DNA of 27,663 bases from a virus (Duplodnaviria; Caudoviricetes): positions 1 through 27,663 of IMG/VR virus record IMGVR_UViG_3300047382_000278. The stretch is one strand, 5' to 3'. Positions 1 to 8,193 of the stretch are shown one piece after another. Every line of letters begins with the position of its first letter. Position 1 is the first letter of the stretch. A program made the translations under genes and the position numbers. The notes under the pieces are model-generated. The model saw only the letters and a program-made list of their open reading frames with translations, made no database searches and was not told the DNA's origin.

Positions 1-369
1 GGTGCAAGTGATATTGCCGACATTGCTGAAGGTTCAAGAATCATCTCAGTAACAGTTGACGTACCAGCGGCATGGACTGCATCAAACAATACTGCAACTT
101 ATGTAGAAATAGGCGACAGTGATAATACATCTCGCTTTATTAGAGCAGGTGATGTTGATGTGCTTAAAGTAGCACAATATCATTCACAGTTCCAATATGA
201 GTATACAGCAGATGCTACACTAAAACTAAATGTTGTGCAAGGTACTGCTTCAGCAGGAACAGGTACAATCAGTGTTGTATTAGCAAGTGACAGTGTAACA
301 GTTAGAGACTATGGTTCAATTACACAATCTCAAAACAGTAACAGTGACTTAGGCGATATTAATACTTAA
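1..369 (+). CDS. C-terminal part of a probable virion structural protein (5' truncated)
   Basis: Frame is open from base 1 (GASDIADIAEGSRIISVTVDVPAAW...) to TAA 367-369, so the track's 160 start is internal. G/S/T/V-rich, beta-like, ends in DYGSI..DLGDI. Confidence 0.6.
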   Translation, partial: GASDIADIAEGSRIISVTVDVPAAWTASNNTATYVEIGDSDNTSRFIRAGDVDVLKVAQYHSQFQYEYTADATLKLNVVQGTASAGTGTISVVLASDSVTVRDYGSITQSQNSNSDLGDINT

Positions 370-371
370 AA

Positions 372-1694
372 ATGATCATTTCTGAGATTAGTGACTTCAA
401 GAAGAGAGAAATTGAGCATGAGCTCAAGGACGAATCTCCAAACAACTATGCGGTTTGTATAAATGACAAGCCGTGGAAGATTGTATCAAGTCGCTCAAGA
501 GCAGATAAAATGGCTAATACTCTTAATTCAAAAGGTAAAAATGCCACTGTGCATATAACTGGTGCCCCGGTATCGGAAGCCAGCCAGGCAAAAGCAAGTG
601 ACAAAAAGCCAAAGAAAATTAAGCCTACAAAAGGACATTCAAGTCCACACCCAATGCGTGGTAAACTTGTAGGTGAATCCCAAATAGACGAAGTGGCGCC
701 ATTGGCACTACTTCGTGTTGGTGTTCCTATATTAGCAAAAGTACTTAAAGCAGGTGCTAAAAGACCAATTAGAAGTACAATTGCCTTAGATGCAGTTGAC
801 GGTGAATTAGATACTGCTAAAGATATTCTCGGATGGTTATCAAGTAAACTTGCTCAGTTCTTTGATATTAAAACATTAACTGAAGCCGCTAAGATCATAT
901 TTAAATATAAAATACCTGTGTTAGGAATTACTGCCGCTGTATATGGTGGTAAGTTTCTTGTAGACTATTTGGCTAATGCCAAAGGTGATGCACGTATGCA
1001 GAAAACAGGACAGACTATTCAACAAGCACCAGAAATGCAAACTGAAGATGCTGAATCTGATTTAGAAAACAAGATGTATGACTTAGAAGCAGGTCTAAGA
1101 GAAGCAAGAAGTATTACAAAAAACATTAAGTATGCTGACATGCACATGGAAATCATCACAAAGTTGAGTTCATTGGCAGAAAAGTTAGGCATAAAATTAG
1201 ACGAATACAACGAACGTCAAGTATATGAAGCAATGAATAACTTGGAAAGTGCAGTTTACGAATTAGAAGAACCATTCGAAGATGCAATCAGAGATGTAAG
1301 AAACAAACTTGACGATATCCAGTATGCTGATGAAGGTTCAATACCTCAAAAGCCTAAATCATATGACAAAAGAAATCCAGTTGCAAAGAACATAGAAAAG
1401 TTCAATAGACCTGCAACACACACGGATAAAAAGAAAGATATGAAAAAGGGTAATACAAAACACAAAAGTTCAATGTATGACGAATGTGTTGCTGTAGAAT
1501 CCAAGAGCATTCCTTTTAACCAATGTCCAGGTTGCGGTGGTGAAATATTCCACGAATCAGAAGGCAAAAAAGATGCTTGTTACCACAAAGTCAAATCCAG
1601 ATATAAAGTTTGGCCCAGTGCTTACGCCTCCGGTGCATTAGTACAATGCAGAAAGAAAGGTGCGAAGAATTGGGGCAATAGTTCTAAAAAGTAA
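372..1694 (+). CDS. Modular putative internal head protein
   Basis: 440 aa mosaic of basic, acidic and hydrophobic modules separated by x-x-E|small junctions. C-terminal KKDACYHKVKSRYKVWPSAYASGALVQCRKKG module recalled from T4-like aquatic phages. Confidence 0.55.
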   Translation: MIISEISDFKKREIEHELKDESPNNYAVCINDKPWKIVSSRSRADKMANTLNSKGKNATVHITGAPVSEASQAKASDKKPKKIKPTKGHSSPHPMRGKLVGESQIDEVAPLALLRVGVPILAKVLKAGAKRPIRSTIALDAVDGELDTAKDILGWLSSKLAQFFDIKTLTEAAKIIFKYKIPVLGITAAVYGGKFLVDYLANAKGDARMQKTGQTIQQAPEMQTEDAESDLENKMYDLEAGLREARSITKNIKYADMHMEIITKLSSLAEKLGIKLDEYNERQVYEAMNNLESAVYELEEPFEDAIRDVRNKLDDIQYADEGSIPQKPKSYDKRNPVAKNIEKFNRPATHTDKKKDMKKGNTKHKSSMYDECVAVESKSIPFNQCPGCGGEIFHESEGKKDACYHKVKSRYKVWPSAYASGALVQCRKKGAKNWGNSSKK

Positions 1695-1700
1695 TAAATA
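1694..1700 (+). promoter_or_regulatory. T4-type late promoter (ATAAATA)
   Basis: ATAAATA, then 5 nt, then the AOX ATG at 1706. Matches the T4 gp55 TATAAATA consensus. Confidence 0.7.
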
Positions 1701-1705
1701 CCTAT

Positions 1706-2281
1706 ATGAAGGTAAACGATACTTTTGCCAGAGGGCAAACTAAATTTTTCAGATTCTTTGCAGACACGTTCTTTGCAAAACGTTATGGACACAGAGCAGT
1801 AGTGTTAGAAACTATTGCAGGTGTACCAGGTATGGTTGCAGGCATGTGGATACACTTGAAAAGTCTACGCCAAATGAAAACAGGCTACGGTCCTACTATT
1901 AGAGAACTACTTGAAGAAGCAGAAAACGAACGTATGCATCTCATGTTCTTTATTGAAATAGCACAACCTAATTGGTTTGAAAGACTACTTATACTGTTAG
2001 CACAAGGCATATTCTGGAATTACTATTTCTTAATGTATGTGTTCTTTCCTAAAACAGCACACCGCATGGTACATTATTTCGAAGAAGAAGCAGTTAGAAG
2101 TTATACAGATTACCTTTCTTTAGTTGAAAGTGGCGAAATAGAAAATATACCTGCACCTCAACTTGCAATTGATTATTACAAATTACCAAAGAAAGCATTA
2201 CTATCAGATATGATTAAGAAAGTTCGAGCAGACGAACAAAAACACAGTGAAGTAAATTTACGTTTGTCGAACGATAAATAA
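1706..2281 (+). CDS. aox: Alternative oxidase (di-iron ubiquinol oxidase)
   Basis: All four AOX iron-ligand motifs are present: LETIAGVPG, EAENERMHL, FEEEAVRSY, RADEQKH. Hydrophobic stretch between motifs 2 and 3. Confidence 0.95.
   Translation: MKVNDTFARGQTKFFRFFADTFFAKRYGHRAVVLETIAGVPGMVAGMWIHLKSLRQMKTGYGPTIRELLEEAENERMHLMFFIEIAQPNWFERLLILLAQGIFWNYYFLMYVFFPKTAHRMVHYFEEEAVRSYTDYLSLVESGEIENIPAPQLAIDYYKLPKKALLSDMIKKVRADEQKHSEVNLRLSNDK
2274..2280 (+). promoter_or_regulatory. T4-type late promoter (ATAAATA)
   Basis: ATAAATA-attat-ATG(2286). Confidence 0.7.
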
Positions 2282-2285
2282 TTAT

Positions 2286-2624
2286 ATGAACATTAAACAA
2301 ATCATTTCAGAAACAATAGAAGCAGAACAAGATCTCAGTGCATTATTGCAGGGCATAGAAAGTGACTTAGCAAATAGAGATAAAGAGATTGACGAAAACT
2401 TAAAGAAATGGTTCAAAGACAAATGGGTGCGTTTTGGCCCTGATGGTAAAATAAGAGGTGACTGTGCCAGGGGTTCAAGTTCTGAGGGCAAACCTAAATG
2501 TTTACCAAAAAGCAAAGCACAATCTATTGGCAAGAAAGCACGTAAAACTGCGGCGAATAGAAAACGTAGGCAAGATCCAAATAAAAACCGCAAAGGTAAA
2601 GCCAAAAACGTTAAAACCAAATAA
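2286..2624 (+). CDS. Basic hypothetical protein, probable head-associated
   Basis: N-terminus MNIKQIISE, then IDE|NLKKWFKDKWVRFGPDG...KPKCLP and a very Lys/Arg-rich tail. Confidence 0.65.
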   Translation: MNIKQIISETIEAEQDLSALLQGIESDLANRDKEIDENLKKWFKDKWVRFGPDGKIRGDCARGSSSEGKPKCLPKSKAQSIGKKARKTAANRKRRQDPNKNRKGKAKNVKTK

Positions 2625-2658
2625 CCTACCAATAATTCTTTTTAATTACTTTTTGTTA

Positions 2659-2666
2659 TATAAATA
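2659..2666 (+). promoter_or_regulatory. T4-type late promoter (TATAAATA)
   Basis: Exact T4 late consensus upstream of the SD-led ORF at 2694. Confidence 0.7.
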
Positions 2667-2693
2667 TATCCTGTAATACAACTCAGGAGAGAA

Positions 2694-2861
2694 ATGGCAA
2701 AATCAGCACAAAGAAAAGTAAACAAGTCGTTGATAAACGGCTCAGGAAGAAAGTGTACATCGCAAGGTGTAGGCGGCAGAGGCAGACGTACTAAATTAGG
2801 TATGTCCACTATGAATAAGTCCAAGAAACGTAACGTAAGTTTAAATCGAGGACAAGGATAA
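2694..2861 (+). CDS. Small basic protein, 55 aa (absent from ORF track)
   Basis: AGGAG SD, ATG 2694, MAKSAQRKVNKSLINGSGRKCTSQGVGGRGRRTKLGMSTMNKSKKRNVSLNRGQG*. Its TAA overlaps the next ATG (TAATG). Confidence 0.8.
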   Translation: MAKSAQRKVNKSLINGSGRKCTSQGVGGRGRRTKLGMSTMNKSKKRNVSLNRGQG

Positions 2862-3082
2862 TGCCAGTAAAATTCGCACCATCATTCAAAGAGTACAAAA
2901 AAGGTACTAAGAAAACAGCAATAAAACACGAATACATTAAACATAAATCCAAAGATGAATTATTCGAATACATCAACAAAGAAGGCGCAAAGCCAAAAGT
3001 TAGACGTAAAGCAATCATAGAATTAGAAAGACGTGGTATTAGAATTGTTTGGAACACAAAACCAAAAGATATTTTAGATTAA
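2861..3082 (+). CDS. Small basic hypothetical protein
   Basis: 73 aa ORF translationally coupled to the upstream gene. Confidence 0.75.
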   Translation: MPVKFAPSFKEYKKGTKKTAIKHEYIKHKSKDELFEYINKEGAKPKVRRKAIIELERRGIRIVWNTKPKDILD

Positions 3083-3091
3083 ACTAATTTG

Positions 3092-3098
3092 ATAAATA
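3092..3098 (+). promoter_or_regulatory. T4-type late promoter (ATAAATA)
   Basis: ATAAATA-taagt-ATG(3104). Confidence 0.7.
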
Positions 3099-3103
3099 TA
3101 AGT

Positions 3104-4261
3104 ATGAAAATACAAAGCATACTTAAATTAGAAGAAGGTTCGTTAGACGGTTACTATCTTGCACAAAAAGCCGCTGACTTGTGGCACGAAGACAATCCAG
3201 ACAAATCTCGTGATCAGTTTTGGAGAATTGGTGTGGACGTACAAGATAAGTACACCGAAAAAGCAGGTGGCAAAAAAGGCGCATATCAAGGTAAAGGTGT
3301 TAGTAATTGGACTACTGAATCATTACAATCATTAGCAGAGCATGTAAAAAGGCAAGTTCCTTTATGTGATAGCATATTCAGATATCAAAGCGAAGCCTAC
3401 TTTGATACATTTAAAACAGCCAAAAAATTACGTGAAGCAGGTTCACTTCCTGAGTTAGATTGGGAAAGTGAAGAAATGCTTGGCACCGACATAGGCGAAA
3501 GTGTTGAACTTAAAGGTGTAGGCCGTGTTTGGTTGGATGTTCCGTATCTGAATGAAGAGTATGACGAAGTAGATGAAGCACAAGGTTCACTACGTAAAGG
3601 ACTTGCTACAGTGGGTGTATTAGCCGCTCTAATGGGTGCTAACCATATGACCAGTGCAAAGCATACTCCGTTAGGCAAAGAATTACAGCAAGCCGCACAG
3701 GCTGGTGATACAGTTGCCGCATACCATTTAAAGAACTTAGACTTATATGCAGATGCAGGTGATCAAAGAACTCTTACTAATTTAAAAATTGCATACATTG
3801 ACGACTCACCAAGAGATGATGTTAAAGCATACTTAACTAAAAAAGCAGGCGTTGATGAAGCAAAAGGCCCAAACTATGATGCATCAGATATCTGGAGAGG
3901 CGATGCTATTACATGTAAGAAATGTAAAGGCAAAGGATGTGACCATTGTGATGGTAAAGGCGTCCATGCTAAGGGCGATGTCAATGAAGCAGAGTATCAA
4001 GGTAAAGATGTTCAACTTAACAAACCAAAACGTGGTGGTAGTAAAAAGTATTATGTATATGTAAAAACACCAAAAGGTAATGTTAAGAAAATTAGTTTCG
4101 GTGATGTAACAGGACTAAAAACTAAAGCAAGTAATAAAAAAGCGGCTAAGAGTTTTGCCGCAAGACACAACTGTGAAAAGAAAAACGATAAGCAAAAAGC
4201 AGGATATTGGGCATGTCGTTTACCTCGTTACGGTTTAGTTAAAGGCGGGAAGTGGTGGTAG
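3104..4261 (+). CDS. Modular putative internal head protein with Zn-finger and basic C-terminal domain
   Basis: Start moved from TTG 3089 to ATG 3104 on promoter geometry. Repeated VDE|A, VDE|A, VNE|A junctions; CKKCKGKGCDHCDGKG; C-terminal AEYQG..KKISFGD..SFAARHNC..AGYWAC. Confidence 0.6.
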   Translation: MKIQSILKLEEGSLDGYYLAQKAADLWHEDNPDKSRDQFWRIGVDVQDKYTEKAGGKKGAYQGKGVSNWTTESLQSLAEHVKRQVPLCDSIFRYQSEAYFDTFKTAKKLREAGSLPELDWESEEMLGTDIGESVELKGVGRVWLDVPYLNEEYDEVDEAQGSLRKGLATVGVLAALMGANHMTSAKHTPLGKELQQAAQAGDTVAAYHLKNLDLYADAGDQRTLTNLKIAYIDDSPRDDVKAYLTKKAGVDEAKGPNYDASDIWRGDAITCKKCKGKGCDHCDGKGVHAKGDVNEAEYQGKDVQLNKPKRGGSKKYYVYVKTPKGNVKKISFGDVTGLKTKASNKKAAKSFAARHNCEKKNDKQKAGYWACRLPRYGLVKGGKWW

Positions 4262-4560
4262 ACAAACCATATCAAGACACACAACTTACAGAAAACAAGT
4301 TCCAAAGAATATTTCAACAAGATGTAGAGACCGAAGAGTTAGTGTGGCACAGAGATCACAATGATCGTGCTGTAAAACCTACATCAGGCAAAGGCTGGAA
4401 AATACAACTTGATAATAAACTCCCTATGCCATTAAACATCAATGAATCTATATATGTTCCTAAGAATGTATACCACAGATTAATCAAAGGAAGAAGCACT
4501 GAAAACTTGGTTGTAGAAGTAACCGAGTACGCTGAAGGCTGGGGTGCTCAAAGTGATTAA
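4252..4560 (+). CDS. Cupin-like protein
   Basis: WHRDHNDR and IYVPKNVYHRLIKG resemble the two cupin motifs. Start uncertain. Confidence 0.6.
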   Translation: MVVDKPYQDTQLTENKFQRIFQQDVETEELVWHRDHNDRAVKPTSGKGWKIQLDNKLPMPLNINESIYVPKNVYHRLIKGRSTENLVVEVTEYAEGWGAQSD

Positions 4561-5311
4561 AATAGGTGTTGCTGGTGATAGTTTCTTTTCCCCATATAAA
4601 TCCAAACAAATACACTTTGCAAATCATCTTGCAAAGCATTATAATGCAGAATTAATTGCCACAGGTAAACCAGGCGGCAGTAACTTATTCATCAGACAGC
4701 AACTTGATTTCTTGATAGACGAACAAGTTGATTTTATTGTATGGGGTACTACTAACAGTGATAGAATAGAGTATGCACATCCAGACAGTAAATCTGGTTA
4801 TGATGTCGACAAAGGTTTATTTAATTACACATACGATCAACACGATATTCCATTAAGTGGTGATAGTCGTTTTCTCAACAATGTTGTTGCTGATACAATA
4901 ATCAACATAGTAGATACAGAAAACGGTAACCCAGGTTCATATTCACCTAAGCAATTACAAGTTATCACAGACTGGTTTCATAACTTATATGACTCCAACC
5001 TTCTTCAGGTGAAAGATATATACTTATGTGAAAGTGCTGTGCAAAGTTTAATAGATTCAGACATACCGTGGTTAGGCTTTTTAGGTTCAAGTTACGTGCA
5101 TCAGTCTAAGTTTTTTCAACGCAGAGAACATCTTAAGAACATTGTGTGGGATAAAGGTTCTGCTTCAGTGGCATGGGAGCCGCATCGGGCTATGACTATC
5201 GAAATGGAAAGAGGTATAGAAAATCCATATCATTTTCATACCAGCGAAGAAGGACAACGCACAATAGCAGATGGTATAATTAACCACGTTCAAGAACACC
5301 ATATTTTTTAA
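4544..5311 (+). CDS. SGNH/GDSL-like hydrolase or acyltransferase
   Basis: VAGDSF (block I), GGSN (block II), C-terminal FHTSEEGQ (block V-like, without the usual Asp). Confidence 0.6.
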   Translation: MLKVIKIGVAGDSFFSPYKSKQIHFANHLAKHYNAELIATGKPGGSNLFIRQQLDFLIDEQVDFIVWGTTNSDRIEYAHPDSKSGYDVDKGLFNYTYDQHDIPLSGDSRFLNNVVADTIINIVDTENGNPGSYSPKQLQVITDWFHNLYDSNLLQVKDIYLCESAVQSLIDSDIPWLGFLGSSYVHQSKFFQRREHLKNIVWDKGSASVAWEPHRAMTIEMERGIENPYHFHTSEEGQRTIADGIINHVQEHHIF

Positions 5312-5320
5312 AATTTACTA

Positions 5321-5327
5321 ATAAATA
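5321..5327 (+). promoter_or_regulatory. T4-type late promoter (ATAAATA)
   Basis: ATAAATA-cacat-ATG(5333). Confidence 0.7.
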
Positions 5328-5332
5328 CACAT

Positions 5333-5875
5333 ATGAGCTATATTGAACTGATAGATTCAGATATCGATGAGGCACGTTTATGGTATGAATTCAGAACTGT
5401 CTTAACAGATAATGAATTGTACGATTATAACCAAATAAGTATTACCAGCATAGATGGTAACAACGATTGGTTTGGCAGTGTAGGTAAAATTGCCAAACTC
5501 AAACATCCAGAAAGATACTACTCTAAATTAAATAAAGCATTTGTGGGCACGTATGTGGAAGAAACACTTGCAAGATACCCACAGTATTATAGATGGCGAG
5601 CAATGAAACTATTGCCTAAAACAACATACACAGTACATGCTGATCACAACTTTCAAAAAACTAATATAAGACTACACATTCCTGTGAAAACTAATAATAA
5701 ATGTTTTCAACAGTTCTTTAATGGTCGACCAACCAGCGGTGAAAGTGTTATAATACAACACGAGCATTTGAGTGCAGGATGTAGTTATACAGTAGATACT
5801 ACTAACTTGCATTCCGCCGTTAATTGGGGCGATGATTTTAGATGGCACATTGTAGGAGTAAGATATGAAAATTAG
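5333..5875 (+). CDS. 2OG-Fe(II) oxygenase, aspartyl/asparaginyl beta-hydroxylase-like
   Basis: HAD ... RLHIPVKTN ... HSAVNWG..RWHIV: HxD..H facial triad and distal Arg. Confidence 0.75.
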   Translation: MSYIELIDSDIDEARLWYEFRTVLTDNELYDYNQISITSIDGNNDWFGSVGKIAKLKHPERYYSKLNKAFVGTYVEETLARYPQYYRWRAMKLLPKTTYTVHADHNFQKTNIRLHIPVKTNNKCFQQFFNGRPTSGESVIIQHEHLSAGCSYTVDTTNLHSAVNWGDDFRWHIVGVRYEN

Positions 5876-6431
5876 CATAACAGGACACAGTAGAGGAATA
5901 GGCAAATCATTACATGACATGTATGTTGCCGATGGACATGAAGTTATAGGCTTCAGCAGAAGCAATGGATATGACATCAAAGATCCTGCTGTTTGCTCAC
6001 AGATAGTACAGGAATCGCTTGATTGTGATTTATTTGTAAACAATGCATACGCAAAATTCAGTCAACAACTAATATTAGAAGAGCTATACAATCACTGGAA
6101 GGAAAAAGAAGACAAGTCTATTGTGGTTATTAATAGTAGAACACGATTTGGCAATGCCAGAAATGCTGTTTATGCCGCAACTAAAAAACAATTGCACAAA
6201 GAAACAATACGTATGCTCACTGACGTTGAAAAACGTTGCAGGATCATATCTATCTCACCGGGTTATGTTAAAACTGACATGACACAAACAGTTCATCACA
6301 AGCAATACAACATGATGACTCCAGATCAGTTAGCCAGTATGATTAAATGGTGTACTGATCAACCACAAAATGTAGAAGTAGGCGAATTAAGTGTTTGGAT
6401 GACTACATTGGAAGATGCAAAAAACATTTAA
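5865..6431 (+). CDS. Short-chain dehydrogenase/reductase
   Basis: TGHSRGIG Rossmann motif, VNNA, catalytic YAATK, ISPGYVKTDM. Confidence 0.9.
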   Translation: MKISITGHSRGIGKSLHDMYVADGHEVIGFSRSNGYDIKDPAVCSQIVQESLDCDLFVNNAYAKFSQQLILEELYNHWKEKEDKSIVVINSRTRFGNARNAVYAATKKQLHKETIRMLTDVEKRCRIISISPGYVKTDMTQTVHHKQYNMMTPDQLASMIKWCTDQPQNVEVGELSVWMTTLEDAKNI

Positions 6432-6452
6432 TCACTTTTTGCTATGAATTTG

Positions 6453-6459
6453 ATAAATA
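6453..6459 (+). promoter_or_regulatory. T4-type late promoter (ATAAATA)
   Basis: ATAAATA-catac-ATG(6465). Confidence 0.7.
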
Positions 6460-6464
6460 CATAC

Positions 6465-8192
6465 ATGCAGAAGGTAGTTATATATCCAGGTAGATTTCAG
6501 CCAATGTTGGCACACCATGCCGAGGTATATAAAAAACTTCAAGCACAGTTTCCTGACGCTAAGGTGTACGTTGGAACTTCAAACAAAGTAGATGGCGAGA
6601 AATCACCATTTAACTTTGAAGAGAAACAACTTATAGCCACAGCACATGGAATACCTGCTGAAGCAGTACTACCAGGTAAGTTACCTTACCACAAAGATAG
6701 TTATCCGCAGTTCGATGAAAAGAACACAATGATTATTTTTGCTGTTGGTGAAAAGGATTTAGGGAGGTTCCCTTTTGACAATGTAGATTCTGAATCAGGA
6801 CTACAAATGACAAAAAGAGGAGAGCCGAGGCCTGCTTACTATCAAAAGATAGACGCAATGGCAAACGATCCAGTACCAATGGAGCATAGAGGTTATATTA
6901 CTATCGCACCTACAATACAAATTGGTGACGAAGTAGCAAGTGCAAGTGCATTTAGGGACAGAATTAAAAATGCACCGAATGAAGAAGAGGCAAAGAAATA
7001 CTTTGTTAATCAATTCGGTGAATATAATGAGAAAGTTTTTGACTTGATCTATAACAAAATAGTGAGAAATAAAATGAGCGAAGAATTAAATATTATGAGA
7101 CAATTAGCAGGTCTAAGCGAAGCACCTGTTAATTTTGACGACTATCAAACTATTAGTCCGAAAGATGCAAAGCAGGCGGCACAACGTCCTGAGTTGAGAG
7201 CAAATGCTGACCCAGAAGCGGCAAAGTTCTTACCACCAGATCCAAAAATGTTCCACAGCACTATTAAGAAAAGTGTTGCAAACAGAATGGGTGTTGAAGA
7301 TGTAAACGACCCAGCAGTTAAAAAAGAACACTTTATGAGAGAACTACTGAAATCTCCAGCAGTATTACTTGGCGAAATTAACGCTCGATTAGCCAATGAT
7401 GATAATGGATTAGCAGTAAGTGACAGATTAAGTGAAATCATCGAAGAATTAGATGGTGGCTTAGGTGGACTGAATCCAGAAGACAAACAGTTTGTAATTA
7501 AGATAACAGCAAATGCTATTAAGAATATGGAACTTGCAAAAGATCCTAAAGCAGATCAAGAAAGAGACGACTACGAAAAAGAAAACGAAAGTGTTGATCT
7601 TTCAGATATCAGAAACGACTATGGTATAGAAGAAGAAGCAGTTGAAGAAGGCAAAATGAAAGAAATTATTCAGGACTTAAAAGACATGGATAAAGAAGAG
7701 TTTTGTTCTACATACCCACAACATGCTGACGAGTACGAAGACTTATGTAAGCAGTATGATGACGATGCACAAAGCGAAAGTTTTGACCCAGCAATGGAGC
7801 CAAGCGAAGACTCAACTATGTTTGATGATTGTATGACAGCATACGAAGATCACGGTGAAGAAGGTTTAGCACAACATTTAGGTATGAGTGAAAGAGAACT
7901 TGATCAAGAAATGTCTGAGTATGCAATGGATCATAAGTTACACATGGACGATGACAGAGATGACGTTATCCAAGGTTACATTGAACAATGCATTGATAAT
8001 AGAGATCACGACAATCACCAACACGAAGCAGTTGAAGTAGAAGAAACAAAATGCAAACAGTGTGGCAAAGAAGATTGTAAGTGTGAGCCAGGTGAGTGTA
8101 ATTGCCCACCAGTTGAAGAAGCAATTGAAGATTCAGCAAGTAAGGCTATTGATGCCGCTATGTCTGAACTAAGACAATTAGCAGGTCTATAA
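6465..8192 (+). CDS. Cytidylyltransferase-like (HIGH-fold) domain fused to an acidic putative head protein
   Basis: VVIYPGRFQP..H, SPFNFEEK, AVGEKD, SASAFR in the first ~200 aa, followed by a very acidic region with a Cys-rich patch. Start reassigned to ATG 6465. Confidence 0.65.
   Translation: MQKVVIYPGRFQPMLAHHAEVYKKLQAQFPDAKVYVGTSNKVDGEKSPFNFEEKQLIATAHGIPAEAVLPGKLPYHKDSYPQFDEKNTMIIFAVGEKDLGRFPFDNVDSESGLQMTKRGEPRPAYYQKIDAMANDPVPMEHRGYITIAPTIQIGDEVASASAFRDRIKNAPNEEEAKKYFVNQFGEYNEKVFDLIYNKIVRNKMSEELNIMRQLAGLSEAPVNFDDYQTISPKDAKQAAQRPELRANADPEAAKFLPPDPKMFHSTIKKSVANRMGVEDVNDPAVKKEHFMRELLKSPAVLLGEINARLANDDNGLAVSDRLSEIIEELDGGLGGLNPEDKQFVIKITANAIKNMELAKDPKADQERDDYEKENESVDLSDIRNDYGIEEEAVEEGKMKEIIQDLKDMDKEEFCSTYPQHADEYEDLCKQYDDDAQSESFDPAMEPSEDSTMFDDCMTAYEDHGEEGLAQHLGMSERELDQEMSEYAMDHKLHMDDDRDDVIQGYIEQCIDNRDHDNHQHEAVEVEETKCKQCGKEDCKCEPGECNCPPVEEAIEDSASKAIDAAMSELRQLAGL
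7098..8189 (+). repeat. 18-bp exact direct repeat AGACAATTAGCAGGTCTA (7098-7115 and 8172-8189), encoding RQLAGL
   Basis: Both copies read directly from the sequence. Confidence 0.85.
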
Positions 8193-8193
8193 C

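Noticed and set aside
1706-2281. PTOX, implying a cyanophage
   Set aside because: Motif context is AOX-type (LETIAGVPG, NERMHL) and there are no photosynthesis genes in the window.
2282-3057. Minus-strand ORFs 2282-2632, 2642-2824 and 2809-3057
   Set aside because: Antisense shadows of + strand genes that have promoters, SDs or coupled starts. The same reasoning applies to the other nested short ORFs in the track.
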